Source: Botryllus schlosseri
Lineage: Eukaryota
DNA: 64,000 nt
Assembly (NCBI GenBank): GCA_051294905.1
Contig: CM119372.1
Coordinates: forward strand, 35,156,001 to 35,220,000
Reading direction: 5' to 3'
The notes beneath the pieces were generated by a model, which worked only from the letters and a program-made list of their open reading frames with translations, was not told where the DNA came from and did no database searches. The translations under genes were made by a program, and so were the position numbers. Shown here in pieces: positions 49,301 to 60,593 of this stretch (its first letter is position 1; each line of letters opens with the position of its first letter).

Positions 49301-51960
49301 TTACAGTGGCAGTATGGTTATCAGCAGGATGCTGTTTCATTCAACAAATCGACAACTGACAGCCTATTACGCGTTTTCGCATTATGATGTAACGGATAAC
49401 GCCACTTGATTGAAAACTCGGGACATATCGATTAGACCAGTGGTTCTCAACCGCCGGTCCGCGGACCGGTGCCGGTCCGCGACGACATTCCTGCCGGTCC
49501 GGCAGGTATATTACAATTCTATACCATATTTTCAAGATGCAATGTTGAATGCTTGTCCATTGATAAAATAAATAAAACATCAGATTTTAAACTGATTCAG
49601 GATTTCGCGAGGTAAAAGTAGGGCTGGAAACATGTTCGATTTGACTTAAAGTTCAAGACGTGTGCTTTGACGACATCCGAGCGACAAGTACAGAACAGAT
49701 ACGAGCTGCCTCATCGCAAAACAGCACAGTTCGCGCAATTTTCGATTAATTCATTTTGTGCCAGACCGCAACCGTAGGGTTGTGGGTGAAAGATATTAGG
49801 GTTAGGGGATGGCAGATAATAGGGTTGCGTGACTGACGTATTTTAGGATTTCGCGTGAAGGATATGAGGATTAGATGTGATAAAATCCTCGAACTAACGT
49901 CCGAAACCCCCTACCCTAATATATTTTATCCCCCAACCCTAACATCCGTCATATGCCAACCCTAATATCTCCCACTCGCAACCCTAATATTGGGATGCCC
50001 TGACCAAAACCATAACCCTAACCCACTTCCAACCCTAATCTCCAGCACCCACAACTCAAATCCCATTCCAATACCAAACAAGAAAAAAAAATTTTCCGTT
50101 TATAAATCTTGACCTCGGGGGTATACTGAAGAAGCGCCAAAATTTTCGCTATGGGCGCGATTAAGCTACATGAACTCTCTACGTACACCGAGTAGAATGA
50201 ATGTGCTCGCAAGTACAGGTACAGTACAGGTACAGTACATCCACCCAACTGCGGGGTCAGGGGCCGAAGCCCCCGGAAACTTGGCTTATCGCACTGTGGA
50301 GGCCCAAGACTACCGTTTTTGGGGGTGGATTGACGAAGTGCTTTTGCGGCCCGGATTTACGGATGACCGGTATAGCTGCTGTAAGGTGTTTTCTTGCGAC
50401 ACGCATTGTATTCGTATTTGCCAGAGTAGCCTGCGTATGGTGGCAGTGGGCAATGAGCAAGCCGTAGCTCGACAGGGTGCTTGGTTAGACTCCGAAACGC
50501 TTCTTCTCGCGATATTGTCAAAGATATAAATATTATTCGAGTTGGCGTGATCGGTTTAACCCACGGCCTTTGGCGCGAAAGACTGCAAACGACTATCGGC
50601 GGTAGCACGTTTATCTGGACAAGGCAATTTTAACGCGACTAAGCAGACTCACTACCATAAAATCACATGGATGTGATCATGAAGATAATTAATTACGATC
50701 AAACCCTCAAAATGTCACTTTCTAGCATCATAAAATTGCAAAAAACGGTTGCATACTTTACATTTGGGCTTCATTTCAATTTTGAAAGTTCACCGGTCCT
50801 CCAGGCATTTTTTGAAATTTTACCGGTCCGCGAGGTGAAAAAGATTGAGAACCACTGGATTAGACGACTAACCATCGCGCGTAACCTTTTCCAACTTCTT
50901 GGCGTCGCGATTAGCAGTATTTATTCACGCGATTAGCATTTTTCCGGATCAGCCAACTTCATTATCTCCGCCTAAAATGCGACCCGATTAGCAGTGTACA
51001 ATCACATAATTAGCATTCTCCCGGATCAGCTAACTTTATTATCTCGGCTCTTAATAATGCCCTTCATTTATGTTCCCTTGAGCTGCTATTGGCTTGCAGT
51101 TAATCATTTTCGGTAGGTTATAGTGCGGATGATGTTTTTTGCATAAAAAGTACGCATAGTGCTCAAAAAGGACTGTTCTATCTCATGCTATCCAACGATT
51201 GTTTACGGTGGCGAAAAACAATTTTTGCTCGCCGTGGTCTCAATCTCATTTTTATTGCAGAAAATCACATCTCCCAAGCCCACCACAGAAATTTTATGTA
51301 GTCTTTAATTGCGAACCGTTACTTTAACTCGTTTGTGCGCGCACGAACTTATGAATTTTTGTGTCATGAAAGCATGGGAAAGCTATAAATTATTTTCGGA
51401 GTTTTAATTTGGGATGTATATCTAGTGAATCAGTGGCTAATATCGAGTAATAAGATTTAAATCATTTTGCGCAACGCTGAATCACATATTCGCCATTTTT
51501 AGTGTTGAAGCGATTATATGCTAAGTAAGTTGAGTTGAAGCCTTTTCTAGTTTTATGCGTGCCAAGACAATGTGCCTCTTGGGTCGTAAATTGACACCCT
51601 GTGTTTATGCCAATGCATGCATGTCGGCGCTATAGGGTTGTAAATGTAAATTGATCGTACAAGGTAATAGAAACGTGAAATAGTAAATAGCAATATCATA
51701 CGAAGATCTTGGATGAAAGGACGATTCGAGATTCAGATGAGTTATACTTATTCTCTCATCCAATTTCGTCACTCATCACCAATTCGATCTGGTATGGATT
51801 GACGCTATAAACTTTGTCTTACCAGCATACCAAACTAAACCATCCAAAATATTTATAGGGGTCGCAAATCTATGGACGATTACGGTGCTGTCCATTGCAC
51901 ATTATATCGTCATATGCAAGTCGAGGCATTTCTCTCTTCGGCGACGTCACGTGATCTCAG
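40365..51960 (+). CDS. Ciliary-type opsin, paralog 2, exons 1-3 only (later exons not found in window)
   Basis: Exons 40365-40532 (alternative start 40392), 45673-45835 and 51859-51960. Exon 2 and 3 lengths (163, 102 nt) and phases are identical to paralog 1. Reads SLRTPLNYLILNLCVSNL, GCMIYVFTCGMLG|VANLWTITVLSIAHYIVICKS. Confidence 0.9.
41177..42787. mobile_element. Fold-back hAT-type element, ~700-bp inverted arms and ~220-bp spacer, in opsin-2 intron 1
   Basis: Mirror ORFs 41365..41577- / 42369..42599+; ends TAGGGTTGTCC / GGACAACCTTA; TSD ATGTGAAT/ACGTGAAT. Confidence 0.9.
43353..45214. mobile_element. Rearranged hAT-superfamily (hATm/hAT-19-like) transposon with inverted transposase remnants
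   Basis: ~90-bp TIRs TAG(G/A)GTGGAGTGAAAATGAC; perfect TSD ATAATCAA. Transposase fragments GPVSHSRWLT, RNGYFAYPENIMIAML, PCHNQTVEQHVKLVTEAS..RDGF on - (43450-44350) and again on + (44375-44735). Subfamily label is from motif recall. Confidence 0.8.
45879..46563. mobile_element. hAT MITE
   Basis: CAGGGGACGC...GTGACTCCTG; TSD CCTTAAGG/CCATAAGG. Confidence 0.65.
47584..48570. mobile_element. hAT MITE family A
   Basis: Perfect TIR TAGGGATGGTGTGAAC; perfect TSD ATATTTAG; highly similar to 58719-59704. Confidence 0.93.
49438..50857. mobile_element. hAT (Charlie/Buster-type) non-autonomous element
   Basis: CAGTGGTTCTCAA...TTGAGAACCACTG; perfect TSD GATTAGAC; internal TTAGGG-rich inverted segment 49775-50050. 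Confidence 0.88.
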
Positions 51961-53687
51961 GTGAGCAGCATAACATCGATTACGTAACCATGAAGACTAT
52001 AGATTATCGATATAAACCATTGGAAGTAGTGTGCAACTGGGTAAGTTGATTCCAGTAAACATGATTGTTGCATTTCGAGTCCCTGTCGCTGACCTCAAGA
52101 TAGCATGATGACTCGGGTAAGCTGCACTGGTGTATAGCCTACTGTGTTGAGTTCTGCTTTTGTAGCGGCCTTCGGAAAGTAAATAGGTCATATTAGCAAA
52201 GTGACAATCGATTACTTCGTCTTCGGGATGCTGTCAAGAATCATAAGTCATGCAAATAAACTTGGCGTTGTTCCAATTCCTAAAAATAGCACAATTAAAC
52301 CAGAAGTATATACTGCATTTTTCGAAAGTAGGTGACTCCCCTACTAAGCAAGCCAACTTGCTGTCACTCGGAAGTTGAAATAGCTGTTATGTTGAGAAAT
52401 TCGTGACGAGCCGATTGACAATTTTCAGTTTCAGATATAAATCCTCTCTACACTGTAAATCTAAAAGGTGGAAAAAATGGTAGGAAAATGGAGGAAGATA
52501 CTTTTCCTCCTTTTATCCACCGTATCTCCACCACATATGGAGGAATTTAGAGGGTGGAAAGAGGGAGGAATCAATAGTCTACCCTATTTGGTGGAAAACA
52601 ATTATTGACATGGTGGAAATCAGAAATGACTGTTCGCAAACTGTCGTATTGCCTAATTAAAACATGACAGTCGATACTGGCTTCTAGTTAATAACGTCAT
52701 CAAACATGAATTTCGAGTCGAGTGTTGTTTTTTCACTCAATATAAAGTCACAGTCGCGTGCGTTTGGGAATATTGATAAAATTTTAAACATTTTTTGTTC
52801 AAGTGGTTAAACCAGTAAAGGGATTAGTAAATTTGAAAATATCTGAATATTAATAATGGATTGTGATGATTATTTCAATGTCCTTCACGACTGTAGCATA
52901 TCCAAAACCTTTAACGTATATTATTATTGCCAACATTCTCACCAATGAACCGTGACCGGCGCTAATTCAGCATCCGGGACTCTGGCAATTTCGAATGTAC
53001 GCGATGCGCGCTCTCCGCCGTCAGTCAGTCATTCAGTCGACAGAAAAAGATATTTATATTCATTGATTTTGAGTTAATCACAATTATGAGTATTGTTGAT
53101 TTTAGTTCATAAGTTATGCCATCTGTTTAATCGATTTCGTATTAAGTACCGGTATCGCTCGTGACTAAAAATACAATGAACTTGCCATAAGCAGTTAGCA
53201 GTACCTGAGAGATGAGAATGATGCATCTGATGACCCGATACTGTTTTTCTGCTGATATCTTGTTTGGTGGGAAGGTAATTCAAGTAAGCCAACTGGTGAT
53301 TATAATGCAAGAAATAATCTAGGAAGAGTACATTTTTATATTCATGCATACCATAGGTATAGAGCTATTGGGTATTCAAACTGGTTCTGTATTTATAGTT
53401 TTACCATCATGCAGTAGCTGCATATTTACAATTTGGATTTTCATTGTTTGAATGAAAGGAACTCTTCTGATATCTTTCTGGCGTCACAATTTTCTTTTCT
53501 AGACAAATTCACAGTCACATTGTGGAAAACTCTGAAGTGAAATATTTGCTTTACTCCGACGATGAAAAATCATTTGTACCTTTAGATGCCTACGCAGTCG
53601 ATGACCACCATCATGTCCGTTTAGATCACTTGGTGTGAGATGTAATTGAAAACTAATTGTAATTTGTAATTTCAGTCCTAAATAATT

Positions 53688-56600
53688 ATGAGACTTTTAG
53701 TTACATTCAATACCAACAACAAGATCATTAATGTGTGCACAAAAGAGGATATACCATCATCTGTTGCACTGAAATTTGATTTGGCGCCGGAACTCTTGAA
53801 TATTCAGTGTTATGATACGGAGTTTACTGATTGGGTTGATCTGTCTGATGCTGATGTAAAAGACAATGATCGGATTAGAGTCCTTGTTACGGGTGAGTTT
53901 AGGCTTGACTTCAATTATCAATTTTTTCACCTCTATACCCAATTTTCCAAGAAAAAGTACAAAGCGTTTGCGACAGCTGCATCGCTAACGACTCCCTAAC
54001 TGTGGATTCATCTGAACGTGATGTGATGGATGATTCAGTTGAATCATTACTGGATTCATCTGAATCTATTGTGACGAATGATCCAGTTGAATCATCACTT
54101 TCACGTTCATACCAACGATGGCCTGTGGTCTACAACATCCCAACTTTTCCTCAATACTTGGTGCAACGCATCAAACACCTAGTACCTGGTAGCGCTGGCA
54201 ATATTGTAATTCCATCAAGACTGAGAAAAGAGATCAGGACAATTCTCTTTCAAGATCTTTTACAATATACTTAGTAAGTATAATTCTATTCTATTCAATT
54301 CATCCATCGTATTTTGTTTTGAAACTCGTGCATGCATTTCGTTAGTTTGGATAGATATCAGGTAACTATATGCCGATCTATCTAACAGGTACCCCACTGC
54401 GCGTCAGTATCAAGAAGTATGCTCGGCATTATTAAGAAACTATCCAGTTTTGAAAGACAATAACGAAAAAAATTCCAGCTATGTAAGTCAGCTGCATGTA
54501 CCTGTAGTCCTGGGCAAATATCCATAGTAAACTGTCCTCGCCCATTACAGGTGAATTCCGGACTAATGTATGTTTTCATATCAGCGTATTATACGCACCA
54601 ATATCGACGGCCGCCAACACATACTAATTGAATTACGTGTTGACGCCCAAACAAATTTCTGCACATTGCCCATGCCTGATATAATCTATTCTTGTTGACG
54701 ATTTTTGGCGTATGATAAGCTTGCCTAAGAGTCCGGAAACGCTTTCAATTAGCGAGTCACTGATGTCTGGTGAACAATTAAATACGCGCTGGTATTACGC
54801 AGCCTCGGCGACAGTTTTCGCTAATCAAAATGTCCGAACCTGCGCCACCTCGTAACCTCGTAAGTCGGCGCCTATGGTCTCTTTTGTCATGACTATACCT
54901 GTACACTGTACGCTGCTTCAATGTATTTCTGAAGGCAATAACCACAATTCCAGAATATAACTACAAGATAAGCCGAGTCCAAGTCGTTACGTTCAATGTT
55001 AGGTTTTCAGTTCAATCCACTTTTTGTCAATTCTGCTAAAGTGATTGGCTCCCATCCAGAATACAGTAATTTTCCTCAGTCTTAACAGTTTCTGGCCCTA
55101 TTTTGCCAAGTATCAGGACTCATACTCGAAATAACTATTCTTCGAAGTTGCAATGAAAAATTGATTCGAGTCGAGTCATTTAACGTATTTTTTTTCAAAA
55201 AAGAATTAAGTCAAGTCGAGTCACCCAAAAATCGCGACTTGAGTCCATGCAATGAAACCACCTCAAAACAGCCCTCAAAGTCTGAAAATCGGCATTGTTC
55301 CCAACAATCGCTCAACAAAATTGACCATTGTTATGTTCATTGTGTCGTGGCACTGCCACTGTTGAAACAATGCCGATTTTCAGACTTTGCGGGCTGTTTA
55401 GGTTTTTTTTCTTGGTTTTGGTATTAGTGCCCTCTACAGAGTCGAGTGTAACAATAATTGCAATTTCTTCAGGGCTCGTGGCATATTGCCTTAAAGCAGA
55501 AGTTCAATGAATATCGAAGACCGTTACAAGCTAAATTGGTGAATCAGATGAAGCAGAAGTATGGTACAAAACGAAGGAATGTTATTGAGGAAGAAGAAAC
55601 CAGCAGCTCAAGATGCAAAAGAGCCAGGGTTGTAAGTCCAGTTAATTTTTATCTTGGTTTTGAGATGAGCTAGTTAAATTCTAATTTTTCAGGATAATTT
55701 CTGTCCGGATCTTGTCGGAGCACAGCAACACAGCATTGATAATCACATAAAAGATATACAACAAGAAGTTCAAAAGAGGGAGCCAAACCAAGTCACGCTC
55801 CTAGACCGAATGAAGAGGACCCACCAACACCGCAGAAATCAGGTTTTAGAAGGGGCTCAGTTATCGGAGATACTCCTGACCTATCCATCACTATGGGATG
55901 CTCAATGGGTAAGTACAGTAGTCTATAGTATGAATTGTCATTGCTACAGGTGTATCATATTTTATGTATATTAAGATGTTGAAAGAGGCTGAAACCTTGA
56001 TTGGGTTTGATATTTTGAAGCACACAACACAGAGCTGCTACAATATAGCTCAAGGCAAGATAAAGTGGCCTAAAGTTCCCGAGACTATTCAAGGATTACT
56101 TGGTGAGAATATTATTTCATGAAATTGTGTGGCATTGCAAATTTTCCGCTAACAACTTTTTTCGAATGAACTCAAGTGCAGTGGCTCTCTAACTTCTGCC
56201 GTTGCGAGGCAATTGTAGAAACTTGTTTGACTTGCGCCGCACCAATAATCGTGGCTTTCACAATAACATTGTCTCGTACCAGCCGGTTACAGTTGGATTC
56301 ATTTCCGAAAATTATACGCGTTCAAAATAAATATCGGAACACTAGAAGTAATCATCGATGGTTCTAATAACCTGCGTCTGCTTTATAGGTGATGGAGTGG
56401 TGGATTGGCGTGTTGGTATACCATCCATGTTTGGAGAAGGATATGACAATTTTCTTCATATTGGAGAGGTAAGCTGTTCGTAGATAGATGATGTATTATG
56501 TATAATACACGTTGTTAAAACTAAACAGTTAGTTAGTTGATGGTAAACTAACTAAGGTTTTTTTTATTTGATTTTGAAAATTCAGTAGTTGTAGTTCTAG

Positions 56601-57525
56601 TTCAGTGGTTCTCAACCGGGGGTCCAGAAAAGTCATTTTTTGCACGCTCCCGTGGGGTCCGTAACGGTCCAAAAGGGGTCCGAGAAGACAAAAAGGTTGA
56701 TAACCACTGTTGTAGTTGCTGATTTTGAAAATTCAGTAGTTGTAGTTCTAGTCTGGTTTCTACCTCGACATCTCATCCGTGTAAGCGGTGTCTTACAAAA
56801 TTCCTAGAAGTGGCCCGTGCTACAAGTCGGCAAATACGGAATGAAAAATAAATAATTCCGGCCCGGTGTAAATGACCATAGTGGTAGACCAGTGTTTCAT
56901 AACCGAGTCACGAGTCAATTCATATTTCTGATATGCCCCAACAACTTCTACCAATAGAAAGTGTCAAAATTGCTCAATTAAATAGTTTCATAGACCTGGT
57001 ACAGGCGTCGCATAGCTTTAGTAATGGATTGGAGCTCATGAGATTGAAATATATACTTCATCGTGACTGAAATATATACTTCATTGCGACCAAAGCAGAC
57101 TGACTTGACAAGATTATTTTTAAAAGTGTAAATCAAATGAGCAACACTATGTGACACAAAGTCATGTTAATAACTTGTGCATTGGTAATATAAATTGTCC
57201 CATGTACTAAACCTATCTCGATATCATAATGATCTGAAGTCCGAAGATTTCATAGTAATATATCTTTCAGGTTTCTATCTCTCCATATCCAACGATGGTC
57301 TACAATTTGCAATGGAGCCTGCACTTGGATGGACTCATCTTCTCAAAAAACATTGAAAGTTTTGATGAAGCACTTGCTCTTCTGATCGCAGCTCATTGGA
57401 TATTTAACATCAAGTTTCAGAAGACTATCAAGCACACCCTCACCTTCATTTCGTCATACCTGCTAAAGCTGCCTGGCGTAGAGCTGACAAATTCCGTTGT
57501 GAGGACTACCAATATGTTGCCATAA
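53688..57525 (+). pseudogene. EnSpm accessory (ORF2, SAMD3-like) gene, 8 exons, with a TAG formed at the exon 2/3 junction
   Basis: Exons 53688-53892, 53952-54273, 54389-54482, 55473-55631, 55693-55908, 55976-56102, 56389-56468, 57271-57525; all GT-AG and in phase. Motifs YDTEFTDWVDL, YPT..QY..V...L...YP.L, W...LK.KF..YR, AHWIFNIKF....TLTFI recall animal EnSpm ORF2 / SAMD3-like proteins. Confidence 0.75.
56603..56709. mobile_element. 107-bp hAT micro-MITE inside an AGTT(C/G)T-rich repeat
   Basis: CAGTGGTTCTCAACC...GGTTGATAACCACTG; TSD TTCTAGTT/TTGTAGTT. Confidence 0.8.
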
Positions 57526-57914
57526 ACAATGGAACTGTCATCATAGTTATGTAGGGTTACCATACGGAGGTTCGAGCGGGTCATTCGGAAGTTGATTGTA
57601 AGTGCCTACTTTTAATTTTAGTCAACACCACTAAATTTAAGTGAAAAGATGGTAATTCTGGAGTCATCACTCCCATTCAACACCAAAAGTTTTCCAGCAA
57701 AAAATAGCAAAATCTGCTGTCATTCTTGATCAACTAACTTTCCTGCATTGGTAAAATTGTCCTCATTTTTCGATTCTGTAATATGGTAACCCTATAGTAA
57801 TGACTGTTCGAATACGCCTAATAAAATGCATGAAATGCCATACTTGTATGTTTTTAATTGGATTTGTATTCTGCAGTATTGCATAAAGCAAAGATGTGTG
57901 GCAGCTGACAGCTA

Positions 57915-58100
57915 GGTTGGGGTGGAAGGTATGTCCCCCATATAGGGTGGGGGGTATTACCCCATATAGGGCGGAAGGTAGTCCCCCATATAGGGTGGAG
58001 GGTATTCCTCCATATAGGGTGGAAGGTAATCCTCATATAGGGGGACGGTATTCCCCCATATAGGGTGGAAAGTATTTCCACCATGATGGGGGGTGGAGTT
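57915..58100. repeat. ~24-bp tandem repeat (CCCCCATATAGGGTGGA(A/G)GGTATT), EnSpm subterminal
   Basis: About 6-7 visible copies; gives the repetitive ORF 57854..58186 (HPIWG). Confidence 0.9.
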
Positions 58101-58718
58101 GCATTCCACCAGAAATGGTCAGAATGGTGAACCAGTTTTAATGTAGGAAATCTCCACCTTTTAGATTTACAGTGTATAAGATTCAATTTAACTATAGTGC
58201 AGTGATTTGTTAGTAAATTGTCATCACAACCAAATAATTATTCTCGTGGCAATACAAACATGTCTGTGAGAGGCCAAGACGGACGTATTCAGGTATAGGG
58301 GCTCCGACTCCCTCTTCAAAATCCTAAACTTTAAGTTGCTGTCGCGCAGACAACCAATATCACTTCCTAATTCGTGTACCCGCCTCGAAATCTCGGATTG
58401 CACGATACCTTGATTGATCAAAGAGAATAACAGACATGGTGACGCCTGTATGACAATGCAGCCGTGGAAGTGACATTCACATTTACAAATTCAAATTACA
58501 AACAACGCAATAGCTATCCTCGTTTTTGATTGGTTACAACTATGCAAATTGCGTGATTTTGGGAATAAAAATGTTCAAGCTCTAGTCATTCATAATTGAA
58601 CATCGATGGAAAATTTTTGTTTATTCATCCTTACGACAGGTGAAGCATTGCCTCACTTGCCTCTCCTGACCCCACGTAATGGACGTATCACACCTTACGG
58701 TGGGTAATGGGTATGTAC

Positions 58719-59704
58719 TAGGGATGGTGTGAACTTGAGGTTCACGTTCGCGTTCTGTGTGTGAACCTCGGAAATTTAGAGGTTCGCGTTCACAACAGAA
58801 CCTTGGTAGGTTCTGCACTGTGAACCTTTTTCATATATTACAATTATAACATTATAACATCTTTGGTTCAAATTTATTGCATTTCAACTGCGGGCCACTC
58901 TATGCATGGCGCTGGCAGCATTAAAAATCAACACTAAACGAGCATGCACCTTGACAATCTCAAAAGTTTTACTTGCTTTGTTACAAAAGTTTGCTCGAAA
59001 TATCCAGCTTTCCGTTTGTGAATATTTAGTGACTCTCTGCTGTGAGCTTGACCCGCAATCACAAAACATCACGAGCGAAATACGTAGTCAGCGAATGATC
59101 CTTATTCAACCAATCAATAAGATTGATATCGTTTTCTGATGTAAAAATTCGAGAAGGCGTACGGGGTCAATCATGACTCAATATCTTTACTACATCATTA
59201 AAACCAAATCCGTGTGATTGAGGGGTTGACTACTGCTGTATAACTTCTTAATGGGGTGATATCGGTAGCAAGTATAGAAACCCATTATACATTCTGCTCA
59301 ATATCAATGTAGCAATACCCAGACGCCGAATACGTTGTCCGGTCTGGCCTAGACCGTTAAGGGGTAAGTGTATATTCCCTGATAAGTCCTTGTCGAAATT
59401 GTTGCCAAAGCGACGGAAGATATTGATTTTATAGGAGTATTATATCAATTGATTGCCCCAGTTGATACATTTAGCGACGTTTAAAACGCATCGGCATTGT
59501 TGCATTATGTGATCCGAGTCGTCGCTAGGTATCGTGTACAACTGTACAATAATATAGGATATCACTTCATTGAAAGAGAGGGTTGGAATTAGCAATATGA
59601 CGTCACGTGACGTCATGAGGTTCACGTTCGCGTTCACACAGAACCTTTCAAAAAGGTTCACGTTCACCCGAACCTGAACCTTTCAGAGGTTCACACCATC
59701 CCTA
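58719..59704. mobile_element. hAT MITE family A
   Basis: Perfect TIR; perfect TSD GTATGTAC. Confidence 0.93.
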
Positions 59705-60593
59705 GTATGTACTACTGTAGTGACCATGTATGAACATGACCATGTATCGCATGCGATCATGGATACTCGCATTTAAAATGAGCAACAATGCCAGAGTTGG
59801 CCTACCTGAGGCCGTAGAACAGGGGTCGGCAAACTCCGGCACGCGATTTTTCATGGCACGCCAAATGATTACACGCAAACGACATATTAATACCATGTTT
59901 TTGCAAAAAGTGAAATAGAAGTTTTCAAAATGTACAAAGCTCGTGGGTGATCCAAAATTATTTCGTAAATCAACATAAAGTATAGTCTTTTGAGGCAGAT
60001 TTTACTTATCTTGAAAATTTTCCGCGCTTGGCGCGATTTATTGGTACCTAATGTCTTGATTATAATGTGGGAACCCACAATGAATAAATACATGTATATA
60101 TAGAAAGTGTTTTCGAAAGCTATGCATAATATACAGAAATGAGTCAACCACGTTTAGCAGTCATGACAGAACGTCAACCGAATATCGTATGAAACCATTT
60201 GGCTACTTTAGTCTAGCAGTGTTCACTGTGCAGCCTACGAGAGCGCAACTTATAAACCGGTATTCAGCGATGGGTATTTTCACGCTATAGAAGACACGAC
60301 CTAGAAATTAAGTTCCGGACAAAACGCGGCCACGCGACTCCTGTGATGAAATGATTGGCGGCGATAAAACCTTGAAACAGAATAACTGCCGCATGCTGGC
60401 CAAAACGTTCGACATTGATATGTCCCCTGTCCAGGCACCGAAGTAACCAGCGCCGATAGTCGAGAGCCGGCAGATTGAGTCGCACGTATCCCTGCCCAGG
60501 AAAATAATGGAGCCCCGTGTTGTCTGGTGTGCAAGCGATTCCAATATATCTGGAGCAACGACAATCTTTACCGCCTCACCGCAACCTTTGCAG

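Larger units (their letters stand above)
52451..58174 (+). mobile_element. EnSpm/CMC (CACTA superfamily) DNA transposon lacking an intact transposase
   Basis: Perfect 22-bp TIR CACTGTAAATCTAAAAGGTGGA; 2-bp TSD TA; GGTGGA-rich subterminal repeats; spliced accessory gene inside; possible transposase C-terminal remnant (..FVPLDAY..) ending ~53638. Confidence 0.88.

Noticed and set aside
49775..50050. TTAGGG/CCCTAA motifs as a telomere or fusion site
   Set aside because: Scattered single hexamers inside a TSD-bounded transposon, not tandem arrays.
48925..51055. Larger inverted-repeat element around the 49438-50857 MITE (GGCGGAGATAATAAAGTTGG motifs)
   Set aside because: Inverted motifs are visible but I could not define ends or a TSD.
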